Both the position numbers and the translations under genes were made by a program. From Mobula birostris (lineage: Eukaryota): DNA of 64,000 bases. The notes under the pieces are model-generated. The model did no database searches. It was not told the origin of the DNA and was given only the letters and a program-made list of their open reading frames with translations. Position 1 is the first letter of the stretch. Each line of letters starts with the position of its first letter. Shown here in pieces: positions 35,101 through 45,720 of the stretch. The stretch covers positions 102,044,902 to 102,108,901 of the forward strand of contig NC_092375.1 of the NCBI RefSeq assembly GCF_030028105.1, written 5' to 3'.

Positions 35101-38100
35101 GGGTGCTTGGGGCTCGTCAATCGGCTGGAGGCTGGGTCTTGGGGCTCCTTGGGGCTCGGCCGGGTGCTTGGGGCTCGTCGCTAGGCCGGAGGCTGGGTCT
35201 TGGGGCTCTGCCGGAGGCTGGTCGCTTGGGGCTTGGGGCTCGGCCGGGGTCTGGGCTCTCGGGGTTTGGGGCTCGGCCGGAGGCTGGGGTCTTAGGCGTT
35301 GGGGCTCGGCGGAGGCTGGGGGCTTGGGGCTTTACCGGAGGCTGGGGTCTTGGGGCTTGGCTGGAGGCCAACCGCTTGGGGCTTGGCCTGAGGCCGGGTT
35401 CTTGGGGCTTGGGGCTCGGCGGAGGCCGGGGGCTGGAGGCTCGGTGCTTGGTGCTCGGCCGGAGGCTGGGCAGTCGTGGCTTGGGGCTCGGCCGGAGGCT
35501 GGGCGCTCAGGGCTCGGCCGGAGGCCGGGGTCTTGGGTCTTGGGGCTCGGTGGAGGCTGGGGGCTTGGGGCTTTACCGGAGGCTGGGTGCTTGGGGCTTG
35601 GGGCTTGGGTCTCGGCCGGAGGCCGGGCGCGTGTGGCTTGGGGCTCGGCCGGAGGCTGGGCGCTCGGGGCCTGGGGCTCGGCCAGAGGCTGGGGCCTTGG
35701 GGCCTGGGGCTCGGTTGGGGACTTGAGGTTCAGCCAGAAGCTGGGCGCTTGGGGCTCGGCTGGAGGCTGGGCGCTCGGGGACTGGGGCTCGGCCAGAGGC
35801 TGGGGTCTTGGGGCATGGGGCTCGGCTGGGGGCTTGAGGTTCAGCCAGAAGCTGGGCGCTTGGGGCTCGGCCGGAGGCTGGGGTTTTGGGGCTTGGGGCT
35901 CGGCCGGAGGCCGGGCGCTTGGGGCTCGGCTGGGTGTTTGGGGCTCGTCTCTCGGCCGGAGGCTGGGCGTGTGGGGCCTGGGGCTCAGCCGGAGGCCGGG
36001 TGCGTGGGGCTTGGGGCTCGGCCGGAGGCTGGGCGCGTGGGGCCTGGGGCTCAGCTGGAGTCTGCCGTCTTGGGGCTCGGCCGGAGGCTGGGAGCTTGGG
36101 GCTCGGCCAGAGGCTGGGAGCTTGGGGCATGGGGCTCAGCTGGGGACTTGAGGTTCAGCCGGAAGCTGGGTGCTTGGGGCTCGGCCAGAGGCTAGGGTCT
36201 TGGGGCTTGGGGCTCGGCGGAGGCCGGGGGCCAGAGGCTGGGCGCTTGGGGCTCGGCCGGAGGCTGGGGTTTTGGGGCTTGGGGCTCGGCTGGGTGTTTG
36301 GGGCTCGTCTCTCGGCCGGAGGCTGGGCGTGTGGGGCCTGGGGCTCAGCCGGAGGCCGGGTGCGTGGGGCTTGGGGCTCGGCCGGAGGCTGGGCGCGTGG
36401 GGCCTGGGGCTCAGCTGGAGTCTGCCGTCTTGGGGCTCGGCCGGAGGCTGGGAGCTTGGGGCTCGGCCAGAGGCTGGGAGCTTGGGGCATGGGGCTCAGC
36501 TGGGGACTTGAGGTTCAGCCGGAAGCTGGGTGCTTGGGGCTCGGCCAGAGGCTAGGGTCTTGGGGCTTGGGGCTCGGCGGAGGCCGGGGGCCAGAGGCTG
36601 GGTGCTTGGTGCTCGGCCGGAGGCTGCGGTCTTGGTGCTTGGGGCTCGGCTGGGGGCTTGAGGTTCAGCTGGAAGCTGGGCGCTTTGGGCTCGGCCGGAG
36701 GCTGGGGTCTTGGGGCTTGGAGCTCGGCGGAGGCTGGGAGCTTGGGGCATGGGGCTCGGCTGGGGGCTTGAGGTTCAGCCAGAAGCTGGGCGCTTGGGGC
36801 TCGGCTGGAGGCTAGGGTTTTGGGGCTTGGGGCTCGGCTGGGTGTTTGGGGCTCATCTCTCGGCCGGAGGCCGGGCGTGTGGGGCCTGGGGCTCGGCTGG
36901 AGGCCGGGCGCGTGGGGCTTGGGGCTCGGCCGGAGGCTGGGCGCGTGGGGCTTGGGGCTCGGCCGGAGGCTGGGCGCGTGGGGCCTGGGGCTCAGCTGGA
37001 GTCTGCTGTCTTGGGGCTCGGCCGGAGGCTGGGAGCTTGGGGCTCAGCCAGAGGCTGGGAGCTTGGGGCATGGGGCTTGGCAGGAGGCCGGGCGCTTGGG
37101 GCTTGGGGCTTGGGGCTGGGGGCTTTGGGTTTGGGGCTGGGCTGGAGAATGGGCGCTTGGGACTCGGGGCTCGGCCGGGGGCTGGGCGCTTGGGGCTCGG
37201 CTGGAGGCTGCGGTCTTTGGGCTTGGGGCTCGGCTGGGTGCTTGGGGCTCGTCAATCGGCTGGAGGCTGGGTCTTGGAGCTCCTTGGGGCTCGGCCGGGT
37301 GCTTGGGGCTCGTCGCTAGGCCGGAGGCTGGGTCTTGGGGCTCTGCCGGAGGCTGGGCGCTTAGGGCTTGGGGCTTGGCCCAAGGCTGGGGGCTTGGGGT
37401 TCGGCCAGAGGCTGGGCGCTCGGGGCTTGGGGCTCGGCCGGAGGCTGGGGTCTTGTGGCTCGGCCGGAGGCTGGGCGTTTGGGGCTTGGGGCTCGGCCTG
37501 AGTCTGGGGGCTGAGGGCTCGGCCGGAGGCCGGGCGCGTGTGGCTTGGGGCTCAGCTGGAGGCGGGCGCGTGGGGCTTGGGGCTCGGCCGGAGGCTGGGC
37601 GCTTGGGGCTTGGGGCTCGGCCGGAGGCTGGGCGCTTTGGTTTTGGGCTCGGCTGGAGAATGGGCACTTGGGGCTTGGGGCTCGGCCGGGGGCTGGGCGC
37701 TTGGGGCTCGGCTGGAGGCTGCGGTCTTGGGACTCGTCCATCGGCCGGAGGCTGGGCGCTTGGGGCTTGGTGTTCGGCCCGAGGCTGGAGGCTGGGGGCT
37801 GAGGGCTCGGCCGGAGGCCGGGCGCTTGGGGCTTGGGGCTTGGGGCTCAGCCGGAGGACGGGCGCGTGGGGCTTGGGGCTCGGCCGGAGTCTGCGGTCTT
37901 GGGGTTCGGCCGGAGACTGGGAGCTTGGGGCATGGGGCTCGGCTGGGGACTTGAGGTTCAGCCGGTAGCTGGGCGCTTGGGGCTCGGCCGGAGGCTGGGG
38001 TCTTGGGGCTTGGGGCTCGGCCGGGGGCTGGGCGCTTGGGGCTTGGGGCTCGGCCGGGGTCCCGAGGCTGGGGTCTTAGGGCTCGGCCGGAGGCTGGTCG

Positions 38101-39885
38101 CTTGGGGCTTGGGGCTCGGCCGGAGGCTGGGCGCTTGGGGCTTGGGGCTCGGCTGGAGGCCGGGGTCTTGGGGCTTGGGGCTCGGCGGAGGCCGAGGGCT
38201 TGGTGCTCGGCCAGAGACTGCGGTCTTGGGTCTTGGGGCTCGGCCGGAGGCCGGGCGCTCGGGGGCTTGTTGCGTGGGGCTTGGGGCTCGCCGGAGGCCA
38301 GGTGTGTGGGGCTTGGGGCTCGGGGCTCGGCTGGGAGCTTGAGGCTCGGCTGGGAGCTTGAGGCTCGGCTGGGAGCTTGAGGCTCGGCCGGAAGCTGGGC
38401 GTTTGGGATTTGGGGCTCGGCCGGAGGCCGGGCGCTCGGGGCTCGGCCGGAGGCCGGGGTCTTGGGGCTTGAGGCTCGGCGGAGGCTCGGCCGGAGACTG
38501 GGGCCTTGGGGCTTGGCCAGGGGCTCGGCCAGAGGCTGGGCGCGTGGGGCTTGGGGCTCGGCGGAGGCCGGGGGCCGGAGGCTGGGTGCTTGGTGCTCGG
38601 CCGGAGGCTGTGGTCTTGGGGCTTGGGGCTCGGCTGGGGGCTTGAGGTTCAGCCGGAAGCTGGGCGCTTGGGGCTCGGCGCTCGGCTGGGTGTTTGGGGC
38701 TCGTCTCTCAGCCGGAAGCTGGGCGTGTGGGGCCTGGGGCTCAGCCGGATGCCGGGCGCGTGGGGCTTGGGGCTCGGCCGGAGGCTGGGCGCGTGGAGCC
38801 TGGGGCTCGGCTGGAGTCTGTGGTCTTGGGGCTCGGCTGGAGGCTGGGAGCTTGGGGCTCGGCCAGAGGCTGGGGTCTTGGGGCATGGGGCTCGTCTGGG
38901 GACTTGAGGTTCAGCCAGAAGCTGGGTGCTTGGGGCTTGGGGCTTGGCCGGAGGCTGGGTGCTTGGGGCTCGGCCGGAGGCTGGGGGCTTTGGTTTTGGG
39001 GCTTGGCTGGAGAATGGGCGCTTGGGGCTTGGGGCTCGGCCGGGGGCTGGGCGCTTGGGGCTCGGCTGGAGGCTGTGGTCTTGGGGATTGGGGCTCGTCT
39101 GGGTGCTTGGGGCTCGTCGATCGGCCGGAGGCTGGTCTTGGGACTCGGCTGGGTGCTTGGGGCTCGTCGCTCGGCTGGAGGCTGGGTCTTGGGGCTCTGC
39201 CGGAGGCTGGGCGCTTGGGGTTTGGGGCTCGGCCCGAGGCTGGGGGCTGAGGGCTCGGCCGGAGGCCGGGCGCGTGGGGCTTGGGGCTCAGCCGGAGGCC
39301 GGGCGCATTGGGCTTAGGGCTCGGCCGGAGTCTGCGGTCTTGGTGCTCGGCCGGAGGCTGGGAGCTTGGGGCATGGGGCTCGGCTGGGGATTTGAGGTTC
39401 AGCCGGAAGCTGGGCGCTTGGGGCTCGGCCGGAGGCCGGGGTCTTGGGGCTTGGGGCTCGGCGGAGGCTGGGCGCTTGGGGCTCAGGGATTGGGGCTTGG
39501 GGCTCGGCCGGAGGCTGGGCGCTTGGGGCTTGAGTCTCGGCCTGAGGCTGGGTGCTTGGGGCTCGGCCGGAGGCTAGGGTATTGGGGTATTGGGGTTTGG
39601 GGCTCGGCCGGAGGCTGGAGTCTTGGGACTTCAGGCTTGGCTGGAGGCTGGCGTCTTGGGACTTCAGGCTTGGCTTGAGGCTGGGGGCTTGGAACGAGTC
39701 TTGGCTTGAGGCTGGGGTCTTAGGGTTTGAGGTTGGGGCTTGGGACTTGAGGCTGGGGGCTTGGGACCCAAGGCTGGTGTCTTGAGACTTCAGGCTCGGC
39801 TTGAGGCTGGGGACTTGGGACTTGGGGCCGGGGGCTTGGGGTTGGAGCCTCGGCCGGAGGCCAGGGGCTTGGGGCTTGAGGCTTC
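14175..39885. repeat. giant G-rich/CpG-rich complex minisatellite (~25.7 kb)
   Basis: Built from CTTGGGG (7 bp), GGGGCTCGGCCGGAGGCTGGGCGCTT (26 bp) and 33-bp derivatives. Recurrent variant words include GAGGTTCAGCCGGAAGCTGGG, GGAGAATGGG, GGCCAACCGC, GGCTTTACCGG and TCGTCGATCGG. Confidence 0.98.
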
Positions 39886-39894
39886 AGGATTATC

Positions 39895-40189
39895 GAGCCT
39901 AGGGTTCTAGGAGCTTGGCTTCAGCATCCCCGAGGCTAGGGTTTTAGGTGCTTGGCTGCGGCATCCTTGAGGCTAGGGTTCTAGGAGCTTGGCTGCGGGA
40001 TCGTCAAGGCTGTGGTTCTAGGAGCTTGGCTGAGGGATCGTCGAGGCTGGGGTTCTAGAGCTTGGCTGCGGGATCGTCGAGGCTGGGGTTCTAGGAGCTT
40101 GGCTGCGGGATCGTTGAGGCTAGGGTTCTAGGAGCTTGGCTGCGGGATCGTCGAGGCTAGGGTTCTTAGAGTTTGGCTGCAGGATCTTC
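39895..40189. repeat. 37-bp minisatellite, ~8 copies
   Basis: Unit GAGGCTAGGGTTCTAGGAGCTTGGCTGCGGGATCGTC. Confidence 0.92.
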
Positions 40190-40409
40190 GTCTTGTAATG
40201 CAGAGGCTGATAACTCGGAGGCTGGAGCTGAGAGACCAACTGGGAACTGAACATTAACACAGAGCCAGGACTTGTCCTTCAAAAAGTGGGCTCATCGTTA
40301 ACACGACACTAACATGAGATAGGACAGAACATAGATATAGAGCCAGGACTTATCCTAAGACGTGCCGGGACTCATCTTCTCCACACCAAGGTGGGACAGG
40401 TCCACCTGT

Positions 40410-40580
40410 TGGGTAATGGCAGGATGGCCAGACTTACCCAACAGAGGCAAAGACATGTTCCCCCACAGGGCAACAGCAAGACAGCCTGACTTAGTCCACG
40501 GAGGTGAGGACAAGACATGACCCCCCCCCCGCGGGGCAATGGCAAGACGGCCTGACTTACCCCACGGAGGCGAGGGCAAG
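40410..40580. repeat. degenerate ~60-65-bp tandem repeat, ~3 copies, within the LTR
   Basis: Recurring GGCAATGGCAAGACGGCCTGACTTACCCCACGGAGG-like unit. Confidence 0.7.
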
Positions 40581-42264
40581 AAGAGACAAACACCAAAGAA
40601 CAACACAGTTCCATCTCTGCTCCGGGTTACCTCCAAGTCTCAGTTCAGCCAGCAACCTCAGCTGGCTACAGAAACAGCTGGATCCATACTACAAAGACTA
40701 CTCCAACAAGTGGCGACAAGGCTCCGTGAAGCAGTGGTCCTCCAACCAGGCCTAGTTTCACTAGCCTTCCAGCAGCAGGTTGCTCCATGAGGGACTGACA
40801 AGACAAACAAGCAGCCCACACGCAATCCCAAGGCTACTTATATTGTAAGGCCAAAGATGGGAATCAGGTGCCTTTGATTTAGTCAAACAAGGGACAGCTG
40901 GAAGACCCGGAGTCCTGAGTCCATGGACCAGACTGTGAACCGGAATGTGGACAAAACGGATCGGACCATGACATTTTAAGATTTGACACATACGTTCAGA
41001 GATGCTCTTCTGCATAACCACTGTTGCAGGAGAGCACCTTTGAGGTGTGAGATATCTGTATTTGAATTACTGTCACCTTCCTATCAACTTGAACCAGTCT
41101 AGCCATTCTTCTCTGACCTCTGTCATTAATGAGGGATTTTCACACATGGAACTGCTGCTCACTGGATTTTTTTTGTTTCTCGCAACATTCTCTGTAAACT
41201 CAAGAGATTGCTGTGCATGAAAATTCCAGGAGATTAACAGTTCCTGAGATATTCAAACCAGCCTGTCTGACATCAACTATCATTCCATGGTCAAATTCAC
41301 AAATTCATTTCTTCCCCATTCTGATGTTTGATCTGAACAACAACTGTATGATTTTATGCATTGAATTGCCACATGATTGACTGATTAAATATTTGCATTA
41401 ATGAGCAGGTGGACCTGTGTACCAAATCAAGTGACCACTAAATGGATTTACTGTAGATGATTTAGGAATATGTGTGTGAAGCACAAACAGCAGTATAAAT
41501 CGAACTGACTAAATGGACTTTTTTTGTTCCAAATATGTTTTGTTCTAAACAAAAATTAAGTTGAGTTTTTCTGTGAATACTGCTTATGTGATGCCATGAT
41601 GCTGCTGCACGTAAGTTTTACTTATACATATGACAATAGGCTTGAGTTTGATTAATTCAGCTGTCTGTCTATATCGTGTGTAAAGCAGAACAGCTCAGTA
41701 ATGGATTACATGGTTGAAGCTTTTTCTAATTGTAAACTGGAGGATAACTTCTGATTCTTTAACATATCTGATTTCACCTGCAAGACCCACTATTTTAAAC
41801 AAACTAAACTAAATGTACCAAAGTAAAGCATCAAATCTGGGCAATGAGAAAAACCACTGGAATATATCCATTGAAAAAAACAGTGCTACTTATGGCTCTG
41901 TTTGAAATGTATTGCAATAAATAACAATAGATTAAGGAGTTGTAGGTTAAACACAGCATTCTAAAATATTACAGTTACAAGCTGATTAAGTTGTTATTAC
42001 TTAGGTGGTGTGGTGTCAAAACATTGGGTCACATAAGTACCGGTGTGGACACAGACAAGCAGAAAATAATGTCAAGGATCACCGTTGTACATTTCCTAAC
42101 TAATAATTATAGAAAATAACATATGCAAAAGCAAGGGCATATAATAGAGCAAAAATTAGAGGGAAATTAGAGGATGGAAAGCTTTTAAAAATCAACAGAA
42201 GGCAACTGAAAAAACTGTAAGGAGGGAAAAGATGAAATATAAAGGTAAGCCAGCCAATAATATC

Positions 42265-43055
42265 AAAGACCATAAGGTATAGGAGCAGAATTAGGCCATT
42301 TGGCCTATTGAGTCTGCTCTGCCATTCCACCATGGCTGATCCATTTCCGTCTCAGCCCCAGTCTCCTGCCTTCATGCGCTGACTAATCAAGAACCTATCA
42401 ACTTATGCCTTAATATACTTAATGACTTAGCCTCCACAGCCACCTGGGGCAATGAATTCCACAGATTCACCACTCTCTGGTGAGGGAATTTCTGCTCATC
42501 TCCGTTCAAAATTGACATCCCTCTATTCTGAGGCTGTGTCCTCTGACTCCTCCACCATTGGAAACATCCTTTCCACACCCACTCTATTGAGGCCTTTGAA
42601 TATTCAAAAGGTTTCAGTGAGATCCCTTCTCATTCTTCTGAATTCCAGTGAGTACAAGCCCAGAACCATCATTGTTAAGCCTTTCAATCATGGAATTGTT
42701 TTTATGAACTTCCTTTGAACTCTTTTCAATGACAGCATATCATTTTGTAGATGAGAGGCCCAAAATTGCTCACAATACTCCAACTGAGGCCTTATCAGTG
42801 CCTTATAAAGCCTCAAAATTACATTCTTGCTTTTATATTCCAGTTTTCTTCCCAGCTTGAGTTAGCCTTCCCATCACCTAACCCAACCTGGAAATTAACC
42901 TTTAGGGAATCCTACACGAGGTCTCCCAAGACTCCTCGCATCTTAGATTTTTGAATTTTTTTTTCTCCATTTAGAAAATAGTCTGCACTTCCATTTCTTC
43001 TGCCAAAGTGCATGACCATACACTTCCCACCCAACGCTGTATTCCATCTGCTACT
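42265..43055 (-). mobile_element. CR1 LINE 3' fragment (resumes at ~43455-43480 and ~45127-45230)
   Basis: Reverse-complement CR1 tail at 42265-42330. QRVVNLWNSLPQVAVEAKSL motif. Confidence 0.8.
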
Positions 43056-43059
43056 TTTG

Positions 43060-43452
43060 TGTAGCACTGCCCGTCAGGGCAGCAATGAAGGTTCACCATC
43101 TCTGATGGTGTTCATGGCTTCCTTCATCAATTCAGTAGATGCCTCTTGGTTTTCAGTACTGTAAGTCATGCAAGTCCCAGGTGGAGACTCGGGAATACCA
43201 TCGCACTCAGATGCAGAAGAATTCTTCATTCCTGTTTCCATAACAATTTTGTTTAACCATTCAGGATTGTTAGCCCTGAGCTGATCCCCCGAACCCGGAG
43301 GACTGGTGGATCACTCTTAGTCTGGCCTCTACCCTTTGACCTGTTTAGCATGGGTGACCCTACCAAGAGCCAAAGCATACAGCCCCAACTCCAGCCAACC
43401 TAGCTCTCTGGGTCATTGAGGCACACAAGCTTCCAAACCACAAGGTTATGGC
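43060..43452 (-). mobile_element. short bipartite RTE-derived non-autonomous element (5' UTR fused to 3' end)
   Basis: Minus 5' part CCTTGTGGTTTGGAAGCTTGTGTGCCTCAATGACCCAGAGAGCTA...GGTAGGGTCACCCATGC...GGGCTAACAA resembles RTE 5' UTRs. The 3' part CAGAGATGGTGAACCTTCATTGCTGCCCTG resembles an RTE ORF end. Inserted in a CR1. Confidence 0.55.
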
Positions 43453-43489
43453 TGTCCGGCCACTTCTTTGACCATTTCTTTCCTTTTCT

Positions 43490-45127
43490 TCGGTATTCAC
43501 TAAGAAGGATATTGAATTGGGTAAGGTAAGAGAAACAGGTAGGGAAGTTATGGAAACTATGATGAAGAAGAGGAAGTACTGGAGCTTTTAAGGAATATAA
43601 AAGTGGATAAGTCTCCGGGTCCTGACAGGATATTGCCTAGGACCTTGAAGGAAGTTAGTGTGAAAATAGCAGGGGCTCTGACAGAAATATTTCAAATGTC
43701 ATTAGAAATGGGCATGGTGCTGGAGGATTGGCGTATTGCTCATGTTGTTTCATTGTTTAAAAAGGGTTCTAAGAGTAAACCTGGCAATTATCGGCCTGTG
43801 AGTTTGACATCAGTGGTGGGTAAATTGATGGAAAGTATTCTTAGGGATGGTATATATAATTATCTGGATAGACAGGGTCTGATTAGGAACAGTCAACATG
43901 GATTTGTGCGTGGAAAGTCATGTTTGACAAATCTTATTGAATTTTTTAATGAGGTTACTAGGAAAGTTGACGAGGGTAAAGCGGTGGATGTTGTCTATAT
44001 GGACTTCAGTAAGGCCTTTGACAAGGTCCCACACGGAAGGTTGGTTAGGAAGGTTCAATGGTTAGGTATTAATATAGACGCCAGAGAGTGGTGGTGGATA
44101 ACTGTTTGTCAGATTGGAGGTCGGTGACTAGTGGTGTGCCTCAGGGATCTGTACTGGGTCCAATGTTGTTTGTCATATACATTAATGATCTGGATGATGG
44201 GGTGGTAAATTGGATGAGTAAGTATGCAGATGATACTAAGAAAGGTGGAGTTGTTGTTAATGAAGTAGGTTTTCAAAGCTTGCAGAGATTCAGGCCAGTT
44301 AGAAGAGTGAGCTGAAAGATGGCAGATGGAGTTTAATGCTGATAAATGTGAGGTGTTATATTTTGGTAGGACTAATCAAAATAGGACATAAATGGTAACA
44401 GAGGGATCTAGGAATAATGGTGCATAGTTCCCTGAAGGTGGAATCTCATGTGGATAGGATGGTGAAGAAAGCTTTTGGTATGCTGGCCTTTATAAATCAA
44501 AGCATTGAGTATAGGAGTTGGGATGTAATGTTCAAATTGTAATGTAAATTGTAATGTTCAAATTGGTGAGGCCAAATTTGGAGTACTGTGTACTGTTTTG
44601 GTCACCGAATTATAGGAAAGATGTCATCAAAATAGAGAGAGTACAGAGAAGATTTACTAGAATGTTACCTGGGTTTCATCACCTAAGTTACAGAGAAAGG
44701 TTGAACAAGTTGGGTCTTTATTCTTTGGAACGTAGAAGGTTGAGGGGGGACTTGATAGAGGTATTTAAAATTATGAGGGGGATAGATAGAGTTGACGTGG
44801 ATAGGCTTTTTCCATTAAGAGTGGAGGAGATTCAAACAAGAGGACATGAGTTGAGAGTTAAAGGGCAAAAGTTTAGGGGTAACATGAGGGGAACGAACTT
44901 CCTTACTCAGAGAGTGGTAGCTGTGTGGAACGAGCTTCCAGCAAGAGTGGTTGAGGCAGGTTTGATGTTGTCATTTAAAGTTAAATTGGATAGATATATG
45001 GACAGGAAAGGAATGGAGGGTTATGGGCTGAGTGCAGGTCGGTGGGACTAGGTGAGAGTAAGAGTTTGGCACGGACTAGAAGGGCCCAGATGGCCTGTTT
45101 CCATGCTGTAGTTGTTATGTGGTTATA
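43490..45127 (+). mobile_element. CR1 LINE, 5'-truncated, with internal deletion and frameshifts
   Basis: [54 protein letters not shown] and LVRPNLEYC motifs in split ORFs. Confidence 0.92.
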
Positions 45128-45429
45128 TTCTCCTAATCTGTCCTCCTGTAGTCTCTTGGTTCCTGAGCAGTATCTGCCTCTCCACCTATCTTCATATCAT
45201 CTGCAAAATTGGCCACAAAGCCATCAATTGTCGTACTTTTGTTCCCCTGACATTGAACACCTAATGATCAAGGCTTCACAGATTAGGGCAAAAAAGGGGT
45301 GGTTATGGAAGGCAGAGGAGCAGCTTCGAGTCAGTGGACTGGGCCATGTTCAAGGACTCATCTGTGGTCTGAAAGAACACTGTGTTGTCACGGACGTTCT
45401 AAAAACAGTCGTAGAGTGTGTCCTCACAA

Positions 45430-45720
45430 ATTAGTGACTTGCTAGGCCACTTGTGAGGGCAGGTAGGGGAGTGGGTCCAGAATCACATATTGGCTACACT
45501 GAGTAATGATGGTAGCATTCCTTCCATTAGGTTGTTTGTTAGTGAATCCAATAGTTTGCTATTGTTACTTGTGGCCATTACTAGTGACGGCATTATTCAC
45601 AATTCATGTTATTCTGAATTTAAGTTCCATGGCTGCCATGATGAAATTTCAATTCAGATGTTTGGATTGTCAGTCAAAAACTCTGGATTACTAGCCAAGT
45701 ACATTAAACACTGCATTACC
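45430..45720 (-). mobile_element. old tRNA-derived SINE
   Basis: Minus head GCAGTGTTTAATGTACTTGGCTAGTAATCCAGAG and tail AAGTGGCCTAGCAAGTCACT resemble a common elasmobranch SINE. Confidence 0.5.

Larger units (their letters stand above)
14013..40973 (-). mobile_element. solo-LTR-like element (Gypsy/BEL-type) inflated to ~27 kb by internal tandem repeats
   Basis: Termini TGTCA (14013) and TGACA (40973). Perfect 5-bp TSD TTTTA at 14008-14012 and 40974-40978. Minus-strand TATA-like AATATAAG at 40837-40844. No gag/pol ORF. Confidence 0.8.
13938..41444. mobile_element. Tc1-type non-autonomous element split into 13938-14012 and 40979-41444 by the LTR insertion
   Basis: Degenerate TIRs CATTCAGCAGCCACTTTACTAGGTACA (13938-13964) and TGTACCAAATCAAGTGACCACTAAATG (41418-41444). 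The internal sequence reads continuously across the insertion. Confidence 0.75.

Noticed and set aside
13857-39785. Hundreds of overlapping long Gly/Ala/Trp/Leu/Arg (+) and Pro/Ala/Ser/Gln (-) ORFs, up to 566 aa
   Set aside because: They are open in all frames because the repeat is poor in stop codons. The 7- and 26-bp units do not preserve frame, most starts are TTG/GTG, and there is no splice or domain evidence. Not collagen, elastin or egg-case protein genes.
14175-39885. Telomeric or subtelomeric array (TTGGGG resemblance)
   Set aside because: The unit is CTTGGGG interleaved with 26-mers, not TTAGGG, and it is enclosed in a TSD-flanked element.
14175-39885. True immunoglobulin class-switch region
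   Set aside because: No Ig V/J/C exons or RSS were seen, AGCT is sparse, and the array lies within a transposon. Kept only as a structural analogy.
14175-40189. CRISPR-like array, including the 37-bp repeat
   Set aside because: Units are directly tandem with no unique spacers, no cas genes are present, and the context is vertebrate.
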